The translations under genes and the position numbers were made by a program. The notes under the pieces are model-generated. The model was not told the DNA's origin. It did not search any database and worked only from the letters and a program-made list of their open reading frames with translations. DNA of 64,000 nt, taken from assembly GCA_038087875.1 (NCBI GenBank), contig CM075991.1:13270001-13334000 (forward strand). Reading direction: 5' to 3'. Positions 1-11,674 of this stretch are shown piece after piece. Each line of letters begins with the position of its first letter. Positions within the stretch are counted from its first letter, which is position 1. This stretch comes from Malacoraja senta. Lineage: Eukaryota.

Positions 1-900
1 CAACTGGAGTGTATGGATTAGAAAGGGGGCGAGGATAGCGAAGAAGAGATGGACTTTGTCAGGCTCCGTCTCACTTCGTCGGGCTTCTTTGGAAGTGGCG
101 ACCTTCGAGTTTGCCAGCAGGCAAGAGGCTACAGCCTCTAACCTGGTGGGGTTGTACTGGGCAGGAGCAGCTGAACCAAGATGACGAAGGAAAGTCCAAG
201 CCTTCCTGCTGGAATGTGTAAAGTTCCCGCTACCTTCAGGTAGAAGGTACAGGAGCCTGAAAACTGCAACGTCCAGGTTCAGAGATAGCTACTTCCCCGC
301 AGCCATCAGGCTATTAAACTCAAACGAAACAAAACTCTGAACATTTGCACCGTATCTATTTATTCATGTGTGTATATATTTATATAATGGTATATGGGCA
401 CACTGATCTGTTCTGTATTCATGCCGTCTATATTCTGTTGTGCTGAAGTAAAGTAAGAATTTCATTGTCCTATCTGGGACACATGACAATAAACTCTCTT
501 GAATCTTGAAAGTTCGAAATCAACAGTCTCTTGCCAGTGCTGATGTCTGGCTGCATCCAGGGAATCTAGCAGTTCTGTGGCAGTATCTGGGTCGCCTGTG
601 GCCTCATACTGCTTCAAGAGATCTTCTGAGTCAGGGAGCCAGCAAGGAGTTGTTTTTGCGAAAGCCTCTAGGGACGTACTTCTTTGCTGCAGCCTTCAGG
701 ATCGTGCAGAAGGACTTGTAGTTCTTGGGGACAGGTTCAAGACATGATCTTTTCCTCAACTTCTCGTGTGAAACCTGTCCAATCTGCTTTCCTGAAGTTC
801 CAGCGTGGGAGAGGCTTGGATGAGATCACCAGGATCTGTACACCGATGTGGATCAGAGGAGGTCTATGTTGACTGAGGGAAGTGCGAAAGGATCTTACGT
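1..900 (-). mobile_element. Degenerate Ingi/Vingi-like (I-group) LINE fragment
   Basis: Minus-strand peptides SQHRP...PRWNFRKADW, AAAKKYVPRGFRK and FTHSSRKAW, typical of the EN-RT linker in these LINEs; interrupted at 227-508. Confidence 0.65.
227..508 (+). mobile_element. Rex1/Babar-like LINE 3' end with 7-bp TSD
   Basis: LPSGRRYRSLKTATSRFRDSYFPAAIRLLN, then AATAAA and a TCTTGAA repeat tail; TSD AAAGTTC at 220-226 and 509-515. Confidence 0.75.
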
Positions 901-1689
901 CATGCATGGAGGGGGTGGCCAACGTCGGTTTTCGATGTGAAGCAGAGGTCTGGGTTGTAGTCTCTCCTCCATCTGCTTGAGTGGAATCTGCTGACATGTG
1001 GAATGAGACTTTGGGTTGGAACCCTTCATCTGGACTGAAAGAGAAGTGGGGAGATAGTCAGAGAGTCAAAAGGCTGAGAATACAAAGGAGTCAGTGTTGA
1101 GGTTTCACAAAAATCATGGCTAATTTAAAGTAGAGAATGGTGAGGTTAATAAAGCAAGCACTCAGAGAGGATCTGTGCAACTAATGATGCAATTAATGAT
1201 GTGTGACCTTTGTGCTCAAAGCAAATAGGTGTCAGCAGTGGAGAATAGAGCCTTCCATTTCAGCAGGTGCTGCCTCTCAAAGTAAAGCTTATCCAATACT
1301 GGCCCATTGAACATTTCTGGTGCAGCCCACCTTACAGAGAGGGTAAAGTTGTGTTTACACTGCCATATCAAACACTCCCAGTGAAGTTGTTGTGCAGGTT
1401 AGAGAGAGAATAAAGCTGTGTTTACACTATCCTGGCAAACACTCACAGGGCAGTTATGGTTTAGTTAAGATAAAATGTAAAGCTATATTTATACTGCCTT
1501 ATCACATGATCTCAAACCATGTACAACATATAAACTGCTAGAGGAACTCACAGGAGTTACGCAGCATCTGCGGAGGTAAATGGACAGATGACACTTTGGG
1601 TTGGAAACCTTCATCTGGACTGAAAGAGAAGTGGGGAGATAGTCAGTGAGTCAAAGGGATGTACTGTATAAGCTCAAGCTCTGCTTCCC

Positions 1690-2116
1690 CATGATCGAAG
1701 TGTGCAGGTGAGATGCTGTCTCAAGAAAGCAGCAACTATCATCATGGATCCCCAACATCCAGGCCCTGCTCTCTTCTAGCTGCTCGCATCACGCGGGAGG
1801 TGCAGAAGCCTGAAGCCTCACATCACAAGGTTCTGGAACGATTACCTTCCCACAACTATCATATTCTTGAACCAGCCTGCACACTGTAATGCTACCCTGG
1901 CAATGGAACACCACAGATCACCTCTTGCACGACCGTGGATTGTTTTCATTTGTTTTGTACAGCTCTTTCCTTTTTCAGTCTTGTAGAATTAAGGTGTTAT
2001 TTATATATATAATTTGTGTTTTGTGTGTTGTCTGAGCCTGTGTGCCTGTGATGCGGCTGCATTGTGCCTGTACATTACTGTACCTGTGCATATGACAATA
2101 AATTTGACTTGACTTG
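1690..2116 (+). mobile_element. Degenerate Rex1/Babar-like LINE 3' end
   Basis: RCCLKKAATIIMDPQHPG... followed by GACAATAAA and a TTGAC repeat tail. Confidence 0.6.
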
Positions 2117-4939
2117 GCAGCAGTGTGGAAATGCTGGGGCAAGATGGTGCTCCAGTAATTCTATAGCAGTCCAAGTTAAGTCAAATGTATTGCCTTATTT
2201 ACAAGTGCAGAAAATCTAAGTGCAGAAGGGAAAGAGCACAGTAATTTGTAGCAGCCTCTTGAAAGAACAGGCTCCAGAGTGTTTTCCAGCAGCAGTGTTA
2301 GTCATGTGAATGGCACTTTAAAGCGTGCAGCTGCATTGAATGGAACTGTATGTAAGATGATTCCCTGTGAGAGGCTGGGAAAGTGCCGAAACCAAAAATA
2401 AACACAGCAGATTACTCCCGGCAACACTCCAGAGTCGTGTTACATGCTGACTGCTGTCACTCTGTGTGTGTCCTGTGCTTCATATATTTGTTGTAAGGGC
2501 AGAAAGAAGATGAAAAGCTGAATTAAATGCTGGCTTTTATGGTGTTTCCCTCTATAAACAAACTGCTCTCCTTGGAGGAGAGTCATGTGACACGCCTAAT
2601 CTGCCATTGTAACTGGGTCAGCCAGCCTGTGCTTGGAACTTGGAACTCAAATCTAAAGGTGTTTTGGAGTTATGATCTTAATGGTCGGGTTGGTTAGTAA
2701 ACAATTATTCTTTGTTCTCCGCCGCGTACACATGGATGTGTTAGCATCACGCAAGCCTTCATTTACAATGGACTGCATACAGCTATATAGCTATACAAAG
2801 CCCTTGTTACACCTGGAGCAGGCCAGGCAGCATTTCTGGAGAACCTGGATAGGTGACGTTTTGGATCAGGACCCTTCTTCAGACTAATTACAGGGAAGAT
2901 GGGAAAGAAAACTGAAAGGATGGGCAGGACACAACGTGACTGGAAATAGGTGAACACAGACCAGGGAGGGGGGTTTGATAGGCAGATTATTGGACAAAGG
3001 CCAGAGATGAAAAGACAGGTGTGAGCCCAAAAGAATAAAAAGTTGAGAATTGTAAAGCTCAAAGATAGAAAAGTAGCAAATTGTGAAGCTGGTGGAGGGG
3101 AGAAACCAGCATAAGGTTAGCTGGGGTTCATGGGAAGGGGGAAGCAAGGGGGGGGGGAGGGGGGCTGTTTGTGAGTTAGAACCTACAATCGGAGAATTTA
3201 ATATTCCTAGGTAGAAGTACATGCTCAATGTGGATGTGATGACTAAAGCAGTGTATGAGTAGTTTGAGTAATCCAGCAAAAACTTGGCAAATGCAGCATA
3301 ATGTGGGAAAGTGAGGTCATGCACTTCGGAATCAAAAGATAGATTATTATCTAAATGGAGAGCAAATACGAGTGACTAGAGAGGGATCTGGGTGTTCAGG
3401 TGCAGCAAGTAATTAAGAAGGAAAATGTTATATTGGCCTTTACTGCAAAGAAATAGGGCAATTTGTTTTCTGTTGTACAGGATGTTGGCAAGGTCAAGAG
3501 TATTGTGCATAAATGTTGTCCCCTGACCTAAGACAGCATAATTCGCATCATAAAACTCTTCAACCCTATCTCATACCTTCTGCTTTTTTCTCTGGCCTTT
3601 GTTCCAACCATCTGCCTATCAACCCCACCCCCCCCCCCCTCACCTGTGTCCACCTATTACCTGCCATGCTTTGCACTGCCTCTCTTCTCTTTGATTTCTC
3701 TCTCTCCCCCCGCCTCCCACTCCTCGCCCTAATCAGTCTGAAGAAGGCCCTGACCCGAAACGTCACCTATCCACGTGCTCTAGAGATGCTGCCTGACCCG
3801 CTGAGATACTCCAGCACTCTGTGTCCTTAAGTTCATAATTTCTTAGTGGAAATGAGGAGAAATGTCTTCTGCCAAAGAGTGGTGAACCTGTGGAACTCTA
3901 CCACGGAAATCAGTTAAAGTCAATCATTAAACACATTTACAAAGGAATTAGGTGTGTTTCTCATATCTAGAGGGATCAAGGGTTAAGGGGAGGAAGCTGG
4001 TACAGAGTACTGAATTCGCCTGTGATCACATTGAACAGTAGAGTGGGCTCAGGCTGAATGATCTGCTCCTGCTCCTATTTGATTGAACCAATTAGTCTGG
4101 TGATTCCTCATTGTTTAGGTTTCCAATCTACTATCTTCTTAGTTCACATTTTTTTACAAACCATGTTTCCCGTTGAGAGGAAATGTACAGAATGTAGTTG
4201 AGGCCAGTTCATTGGCTATATTTAAGAGGGAGTTAGATGTGGCCCTTGTGGCTAAAGGGATCAGGGGGTATGGAGAGAAAGCAGGTACAGGATACTGAGT
4301 TGGATGATCAGCCATGATCATATTGAATGACGGTGCAGGCTCGAAGGGCCGAATGGCCTACTCCTGCACCTATTTTCTATGTTTCTATCAGAGCATACCC
4401 GGGAGGGTTTGGGATGGGCACCTGTTAAGGCTGTATTGTGAGTGCATTATTAATGAGACATCAGTCTCTGCACTCCTCTGTCATTACATCTGATTATATC
4501 TGGAGCATTAAGCTGGTGCCTTGTTATCAAATAATGCAATGCGACTCCTCAAACCACTCCACAGCTGGAATTCTGCTCTCGCCAACTGTTCCACTTCCCC
4601 GGATTGGTGTGTTTGCTCAAATAAGCTTATAATCCTCCAGCAGATAAAGCCACATGCAGGGACAGCACCACTGATCTCAGAGTTACTGCATAACGTGGAA
4701 CAATTCATTTAATTTTGTTTTGGCAACTCCTTTCAAACGATGTCAGTATGTGGGCATAATTGGAGTGGTTTTTAGTATCCCAACACAATGACTTGCATTT
4801 ATATGACACCCTTAACTGAGTAAAATATTTGAAAACATTTCATAGTACAACCAGATGTAAATAAGTTCTGCTGTGCCAACAAAGTGAACCTTGAAAGGGG
4901 GGTGACCAGAATGTTGACCATGAGTAGCTAATTTTGTTC

Positions 4940-5351
4940 CTTTATTTAAGAAAGGAAGTAGAAAGAAACCAGGGAATTATAGGCTGGTGATTCACCCGTC
5001 AGTGATAGGGAAGCTATTGTGGAGGATTCTTCGGGATAGGTTTTACTCTCATTTGCAAGTGGATGGGTTCATTAGGGACAGCCAGCACCAGGTAATTTCT
5101 TACTAACTTGATTTGAGTTTTTTGAGTAGGTGATGAAGATGATCGATGAGGATTGGGTATGTGGACTTTAGTAAGGCATTTGATAAGGTCCCGAATGGTA
5201 GGCTGATCCAGAATATTAAGATGCAGGGGATTAAAGGGCCTGTCCCACTAACACGACTTTTCAGCGACTGTCTTCGACCTTTAAGCTCGAGGGAAAAACC
5301 TTGAGCTGGATCGACTGTCAGCGATGAAACCGCGAGCTGGATCGACTGTCA

Positions 5352-5382
<31 letters not shown>

Positions 5383-6600
5383 TCGCAATGGCAGGGGCCA
5401 GGGAAAGCTGGGGAGTGCCGTCTGAAATTCACACCCGCGAAGAACAGGAAGGTGAAAGACGGTTGGCACAGTTACGGTAAGTCCTTTAGAGAGCGCGGAG
5501 GGGGGGGGAGAGAAGGGGGGGGGCGAAGGAGTGGAGACACTTTTAAGAAGCCAGACAACTTTTAATAAAGCTTAGCGGGCATTTAACATTACCGGTCGGT
5601 TTTCCTTGGTTCTGAAAACTCCAACGCCAATTAAAATGCCTGGTCAGCAAAGAAGATTGCCTAAGGCTACCTTGGCTGCCTAGCGACCCCACTCCACTGC
5701 ACTCCGAGTTCAAAAGAACCTTGCCGACCAATTTTTGCTCGCGGAAAATTGTTCAGCATGCTGAAAAATGTTCTTCGACCAAACTGAGGCCCTCGAGCAT
5801 GGAGGAGAGTTCCAGTGACCTCCTAGGACCACGTGTTGACCATGCTGTGAGTTTGAATCAAGAGCAAACTCTTCTAAACTCGCAAATTAGGTTGCCGCAG
5901 TGGGACAGGCCCTTAACAGTGACTTGGTTGTATGGATTCAGAACTGGCTTCCTGATTGAAGACGGTTATGGTGGAAGGACAATATTCAGGCTGGAGGTCT
6001 GTGAGCAGTAACGTTCAACAGGGATAGACTCAAAAAGCTGGAGTAACTCAGCGGGCAGACAGCTTCTCTGGAATTAAGAAGGGTCTCGACCCGAAATGTC
6101 ACCCATTCCTTCTCTTCAGAGATGCTGCCTGTCCCGCTGAGTTACTCCAGCATTTTGGGTCTATCTTCGGTTTAAACTAGCATCTGCAGTTCCTTCGTAC
6201 ACAAAGTTCAACAGGGACCTTTGCTGTTTGTGATATATATAAATGATTTGGATGTAAACATCAACAGATTGGTTAGTAAGTTTACAGTTGACACCAACAT
6301 TTCTGGGGTTCTGGGCAGTGAGGAAGCCTGTCAAGGTATAGGCGGGATGTAGACCAGCTAAGAAATGGACAGAGAAATGGCAGATGAAGTTTAATCCAAG
6401 CAAGTGTGAGGTGCTGTACTTTGGGAGATCAAATGTAAAGGGAAAATATACAATTAATGGCATAATCCTTAACAGCATTGATGTACAGAGGGATCTTAAC
6501 GTTCAAGTCCATAACTTCTTGAAAGTTGCAATACAATTAGATAGAGTGGTAAAGAAGGCATTTGCTTTGCTTGTTTTCATAGGTCAGGGCATTAAGTGGA
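4940..6600 (+). mobile_element. Degenerate CR1 LINE ORF2 (RT) with nested insertions
   Basis: PGNYRL, DFSKAFDKVP and KFNPSKCEVLYFG motifs with stops and frameshifts. Confidence 0.75.
5235..5913. mobile_element. PIF/Harbinger-like non-autonomous element
   Basis: TIR AGGGCCTGTCCCACT / AGTGGGACAGGCCCT with TAA TSD; same termini as 7923-8122; splits a CR1 remnant. Confidence 0.85.
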
Positions 6601-7922
6601 CCAAAGGGCCTGTTCTCATGCTGTACTGGGTTTGACCTTCTATGTATTAGCTTAAGAATTGTAGAATTGTTGCAGCATAGTGACCAATTAGCTCATTGAA
6701 TAGACTGGTTTCCTATTGAGAACCATACGGATTCCATTCTCCTGCTCTTTCCATCAACACTGCGTTACGTCCCAGGTGCGACTATCAGGGTCAAATTTCC
6801 AAGCCTAGACTGTTCCTGTCACCCTTACAGGCAGTGGGTTCCATGCCAGCACCTATACCTATCATGTATAAGGTTTAAGTTGAGAGTGGAAAGGTTAGGA
6901 ACTTGAGGGGCAACTTTTTCACACAGAAGGTGATGGGTGTATGGAACGAGCTGTCAGAGGAGGATGTTGAGGTAAGATGTAGCTACTAAAATAATATTTA
7001 AAAGACATTTGGACAGGTACATATAGTTTCAAGGTAATTCGAATTTCACTGTACCTTAATTGATACGTGACAATAAACTGACCTTGAAACCTTGAAGCAG
7101 CGTACCGACCTAAAATGTCACCTATTCATTTTCTCCAGAGATACTGCCTGACCCGCTGAGTTACTCCAGCATTATGTCTATCTAAGGTTTAGTGGGAGAT
7201 GGGCCAAACGTGAGCAGATGGGGCTAGTATAGATGGGGCATCTTGGTCGGCATGGGCAAGTTGTGCCAAATGGTCTGTTTCCATGCTATATGACTCGATA
7301 GCTTTTAACACCAGTTTATTCTTGCACTATATTGTGTAGTTCTGCTATACATGGCTGCGACTGAGCCCTGCTGCACAATCCGCCCTGGCTCTTTGGGAGT
7401 TCCGAGTTTTGACGGCAGATGCCACAGACGCCTGTTTGGGGAGGCATCGATGGACCAGGCCCCTCTGCAACGACTTTCACCTGCACCTGTTCTGTGCAAG
7501 GCTCCCAAACAAACATTTCCTTATCTCAGCTAACACACATTTGGTTCCTGATGGCACATTAATCCTTTAAAATTTACTGAAGTGTAAATATTTCTTATGT
7601 TATTATTTCAGCAAAAAGAGATTTTAAATCTGAAAGATTCCCAACAGCTGCTAACCACAGAAGAGTGCATTTTAAAATGGCTCCTGCCCACCATTAGTTA
7701 TATTTATTATCATATCTTGTGTCTGCATCTCTCTCTGACAAACATGCTGGAGTTTCAGTTGAGACCTTGTTATGCGTGATTTTTTCCCGAACAGTCTGTG
7801 ACCCATAGCGCAGTAGCCGGTAGCACTATATTTAAAGCCCATAGCGCAGTAGCTGGTAGCACTATATTTACCCCCTATAGTTCTGCAGCCGACAGCACTT
7901 TGTTTAAATTGCCATGCACTAA

Positions 7923-8122
7923 AGGGCCTGTCCCACTTGGGCGTCATTTGCGCGTCACGCAGATGGCGCGCGAAGATTTTGTACATCCCAAAATCCTGGG
8001 GAGCCGCATGCGACTGCGCATCACTGCCTACGTGACCACGCAACGTGCGTGCGTAATGCACACCATGCTCTCATCACGTGCGTGTCATGTCGCGTAAATG
8101 ACGCCCAAGTGGGACAAGCCCT
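7923..8122. mobile_element. PIF/Harbinger-like MITE nested in the 5' LTR
   Basis: TIR AGGGCCTGTCCCACTTGGGCGTCATTT / AAATGACGCCCAAGTGGGACAAGCCCT; TAA TSD; the 3' LTR shows the empty site (CACTAAGCCG near 9969). Confidence 0.88.
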
Positions 8123-8481
8123 TAAACCGACAGCGCTGTTTAAACCTTTGCGCGCCAAACCAGCGGTGCCATGTCTGTAGGTCTGTGTGTATTCATTTGC
8201 GCGCCAAGTCTGTAGCGATGTGTATTGCTATACGCGCCAGTCTGTGACTGATAGTGCCTAGTTCCCAAAGGAGGGGGCCTCGCTCGGATGCAGTCCCCTA
8301 CCATTGGTTATAGTTTGAATTTGGGAGCAGTGCTATTGGCCAGGACGTACCGGCGGTTATTTCAACAGCTGATTTCTTACCTGTAGAAAGGCAGGCGCCA
8401 GTAAACCAGAAGTTAGTTTATGCACGAGAGGTGTCCGCCGACAGACTGAGTCGCGATCAACGCCCCGGACGGAGGCCGAGA

Positions 8482-8806
8482 GAGAGTCCACAACCAGGGG
8501 CCACAGTTTAAGAATAAGGGGTAGGCCATTTAGAACGGAGATGAGGAAAAACGTTTTCACCCAGGGAGTTGTGAATCTGTGGAATTCTCTGCCTCAGAAG
8601 GCAGTGCAGGCCAATTCTCTGGATTCTTTCAAGAGAGAGTTAGATAGAGCTCTTAAAGATAGCGGAGTCCTGGGATATGGAGAGAAGGCAGGAACGTAAT
8701 GTGAACCTTGGGGTACTGATTGTGGATGATCAGCCATAATCACAGTGAATGACGGTGCTGGCTAAAGGGCCGAATGGCCTACTCCTGCACCTATTGTCTA
8801 TTGTCT
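8482..8806 (+). mobile_element. CR1 LINE 3' fragment nested in the 5' LTR
   Basis: Encodes RGHSLRIRGRPFRTEMRKN..., followed by the CR1 3' UTR ending in the CTATTGT repeat; absent from the 3' LTR. Confidence 0.85.
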
Positions 8807-8940
8807 CTTTCCAATAAAACTGATTTATTACTTGTGAGCCTTTTTCTGTTCTACTAGTCAGATCCTTGAACCTGTTCCCTTGAAACATTTGGCGTAGATC
8901 GGACGAATAGAATATGTTTGGTAAAAATAAATATTCAAAC

Positions 8941-9607
8941 GAGATGGCGCTGGTGCAGGCCAAGCACCCCTGCAACAAGCTGCTGCTCTCAGTGCAGGGG
9001 AGCCCGCAGCAGGCCGTGCTGCAGGTGGGACCAAGAACCCTTGAGTCTTCAAGCTCCTCTAATGTTTTTACTGAGTCACAAGGGAGAACTTTATTGTTAT
9101 AAATTTCACTCAAATGGATCAACACTGGCATCTGCAGGATTTGATCGACTCCTATTGTTTTGGAAGATATATGGTGACTGCGATAATTATCCTGCATTGG
9201 AAGGTCACAGTGGATCAGTGATGGAATTACATTATAACACAGATGGCAGCATGTTTTTTCCAGCATCAACAGACAAAACTGTAGCAGTGTGGGACAGTGA
9301 AACAGGTGAAAGAATCAAGAGACTTAAAGGTCACACATCCTTTGTGAATTCATGTTATCCAGCCCGACGGGGACCACGGTTGGTCTGTACAGGAAGCGAG
9401 GATGATACAGTGAAGCTATGGGACATTCGGAAGAAGGCTGCAATCCATACGTTTCAAAACACATACCAAGTAATGCCAGAAACGTTTAATGACACAAGCG
9501 ATCAGATTATCTCTGGTGGTATTCATGACGGCATTAAGGTTTGGGACCTCCGACAAAACATGTTAATTTGTACCTTGCGTGGTTATACAGACTCGGTGAC
9601 TGATTTA
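8941..9607 (+). pseudogene. SNRNP40: Processed (intronless), 3'-truncated retrocopy of U5 snRNP 40-kDa WD40 protein
   Basis: Translation EMALVQAKHP...SLQAPLMFLLSHKGELYCYKFHSNGSTLASAGFDRLLLFWKIYGDCDNY...GHTSFVNSCYPARRGP...KLWDIRKKAAIHTFQNTYQV...KVWDLRQN...RGYTDSVTDL matches vertebrate SNRNP40/WDR57 continuously with no introns; one frameshift near 9040; C-terminal third missing. Confidence 0.93.
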
Positions 9608-9614
9608 ACCGAGT

Positions 9615-9761
9615 GGGGTAAAAGAGAACATCACCAACCTCGCTGACCACATCCAGGAAGCCGTAGAGAAGATTCGAAGGGTTGGAGAACAGTACCACGA
9701 CTACAATCCATCGGGAGGATGGTGGACAAGTGATGAACTGGGGACCGGCCATTGGACATAA
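9615..9761 (+). pseudogene. Retroviral env transmembrane-subunit-like remnant
   Basis: Open frame VKENITNLADHIQEAVEKIRRVGEQYHDYNPSGGWW: an N-glycosylation sequon, an amphipathic heptad helix and a Trp pair, located just before the PPT, as in TM ectodomains. Confidence 0.55.
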
Positions 9762-9856
9762 TATTACGACGTTTCACTACAGCCTGTGGGCCGGATGTAA
9801 CGAGGTAACGCCTGTAGGACGGATGTGATGGTAACCAGACTGTTCAAGGGGTGGAA

Positions 9857-10498
9857 TGTTATACGAGTATTTTGCCAGAACAGTCTGTGACCCATAGCGG
9901 TGTAGCTGGTAGCACTATATTTAGGACCCATAGCGCTGCAGCCGACACCGCTTTGTTTAAATTCCCACGCACTAAGCCGACAGCGCTCTATTTAAACCTT
10001 TGCGAGCCAAACCGGCAGCGCTGTATTACCTTTACGCGCCAGGTCTGTAGCGCTGTGTGTATTGATTTGCGCGCCAAGTCTGTAGCGATGTGTATTACCT
10101 AGTTCCCAAAGGGGAGGGGGGTGGGGGGGGGGGCCTCGCTTGAATGCAGTCCCCTACCATTGGTTATAGTTTGAATTTGGGAGCAGTGCTATTGGCCAGG
10201 ACGTACCGGCGGTTATTTCAACAGCTGATTTCTTACCTGTAGAAAGGCAGGCGCCAGTAAGCTAGAAGTTAGTTTATGTACGAGAGGGGTTCACCGACAG
10301 GCTAAGTCACGATCAGCGCTGCGGACGGAGGCCGAGAGAGAGAGAGAGAGGTGTGCTGCTGTAAACCGGACCCCGCGCATACCAAGACAAGTATTGTGTT
10401 TGTTCTCTCTTGCCAATAAAACTGATTTGCAACTAAACAGACGAGTGAGCCTTTTTCTGTTCTACTAGTCAGATCCTTGAACCTGTTCCCTTGTAACT
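9857..10498 (+). repeat. 3' LTR (~640 bp)
   Basis: TGTTAT...TGTAACT (terminal A appears mutated); preceded by the PPT and followed by the TSD; ATTGG/TATA-like segment near 10159-10170; AATAAA at 10415-10420. Confidence 0.9.
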
Positions 10499-11674
10499 GA
10501 CCTCAATGTATTTTTCTAATTGATTTGTGGGTGAATTGTTCTGCACCACTGTGACCTATCCACTCATGATGCTTCTGTCTAAAGGCTCCAGCCAGCGATG
10601 AGTTAAAACAAGCCCTGGTGTGTTATTTGATTCTACTCTGAGTGATAAAGGCCTGGTACATCTATCAACTGATTATCACCAAGCATTCGGTACTTGGTGC
10701 CCATATTGGAAAGCAACAAATCGCCCTGTCTCTCATCATTAACCAGTATCCCTGCTGGTATATGTTGACTGAACACATGATCAGGATTAAGTGATCCCAA
10801 TGTTCTTCAAGTTAGAACATCTGGTTCAAACACTGTACCAGAAATTCAATTGCCCATTAAAACCCGTAGTAAAATGGCAACATACAATGATCTGAGGTCA
10901 GTTTAATCCTGTGTCATTAATACTTGATTTACATGCCTATATCCTGTGTTAATTCTGTGTGCCTCTGTGATGCTGATCACAATGGCTTTCTCATAAACTT
11001 GTTAGGCATGAGTGAATTTGGGAGTCGATCACCAGGTGAAATCAGAGTGAAACTCCTGTAATCCACTTTCCCGCTGTTTGGAAACCCTGACGCTTTGTTA
11101 CTGGGCCTGATTCCTGCGCTCTCTTAGAACACAGGGGCTCCTGTTCTTGCGCACCCTCTGACACACCAGGGAAAAAGTGAAAACCCCATGTGCCAACACC
11201 TTTGCTATTTCCAGATATTTAATCCAGATATGCAGGCACACCATGCAAGAACATTGTAACACCCATTAACACCCATCTCTCTTGCAGAAACTGGAAGTAA
11301 CTGGATTAGCCTACACAGGGAGCTGCGACTGAGCTCACAGGCCCCATCACCTGGAGAATAAGGTGCAGTACATCAGGGATTCAAGTGCCACAGACCAATT
11401 GCCCACGAGGATAACATATCTGTATATACATTCCTCTCATGTTCCTCTCCCCACTGTCTCTCCTGCATTCCGAGGTTTTAGGTTTTTGTTAATTTTAAAG
11501 ATATAGCATAGACACAGGCCTTCCAGCCCACCGAGTCCACGCTGACCATCGATCATCCATACATACTAGTTCTATGTTATCCCACGTTATTATTCATTCC
11601 CTAAACATTAGAGGCAATTTTACAGAGGCTAATTAACCTAAAAACCAGCACGTCTTTGGAAACCGGAGCACCCT

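Larger units (their letters stand above)
7768..8887 (+). repeat. 5' LTR (interrupted by a MITE and a CR1 3' fragment)
   Basis: TGTTAT...TGAAACA; colinear with 9857-10498 apart from two insertions; AATAAA at 8813-8818. Confidence 0.9.
7768..10498 (+). mobile_element. Internally substituted endogenous retrovirus / LTR element carrying a captured SNRNP40 cDNA
   Basis: TSD GACCT at 7763-7767 and 10499-10503; two homologous LTRs starting TGTTAT; PBS-like TGGCGTAGATCGG at 8890; PPT AAGGGGTGGAA at 9846-9856. Confidence 0.92.

Noticed and set aside
8918..9646. 242-aa WD40 ORF as the functional SNRNP40 gene
   Set aside because: It is intronless, frameshifted at the 5' end, lacks the C-terminal third and lies inside LTRs, so it is a retrocopy.
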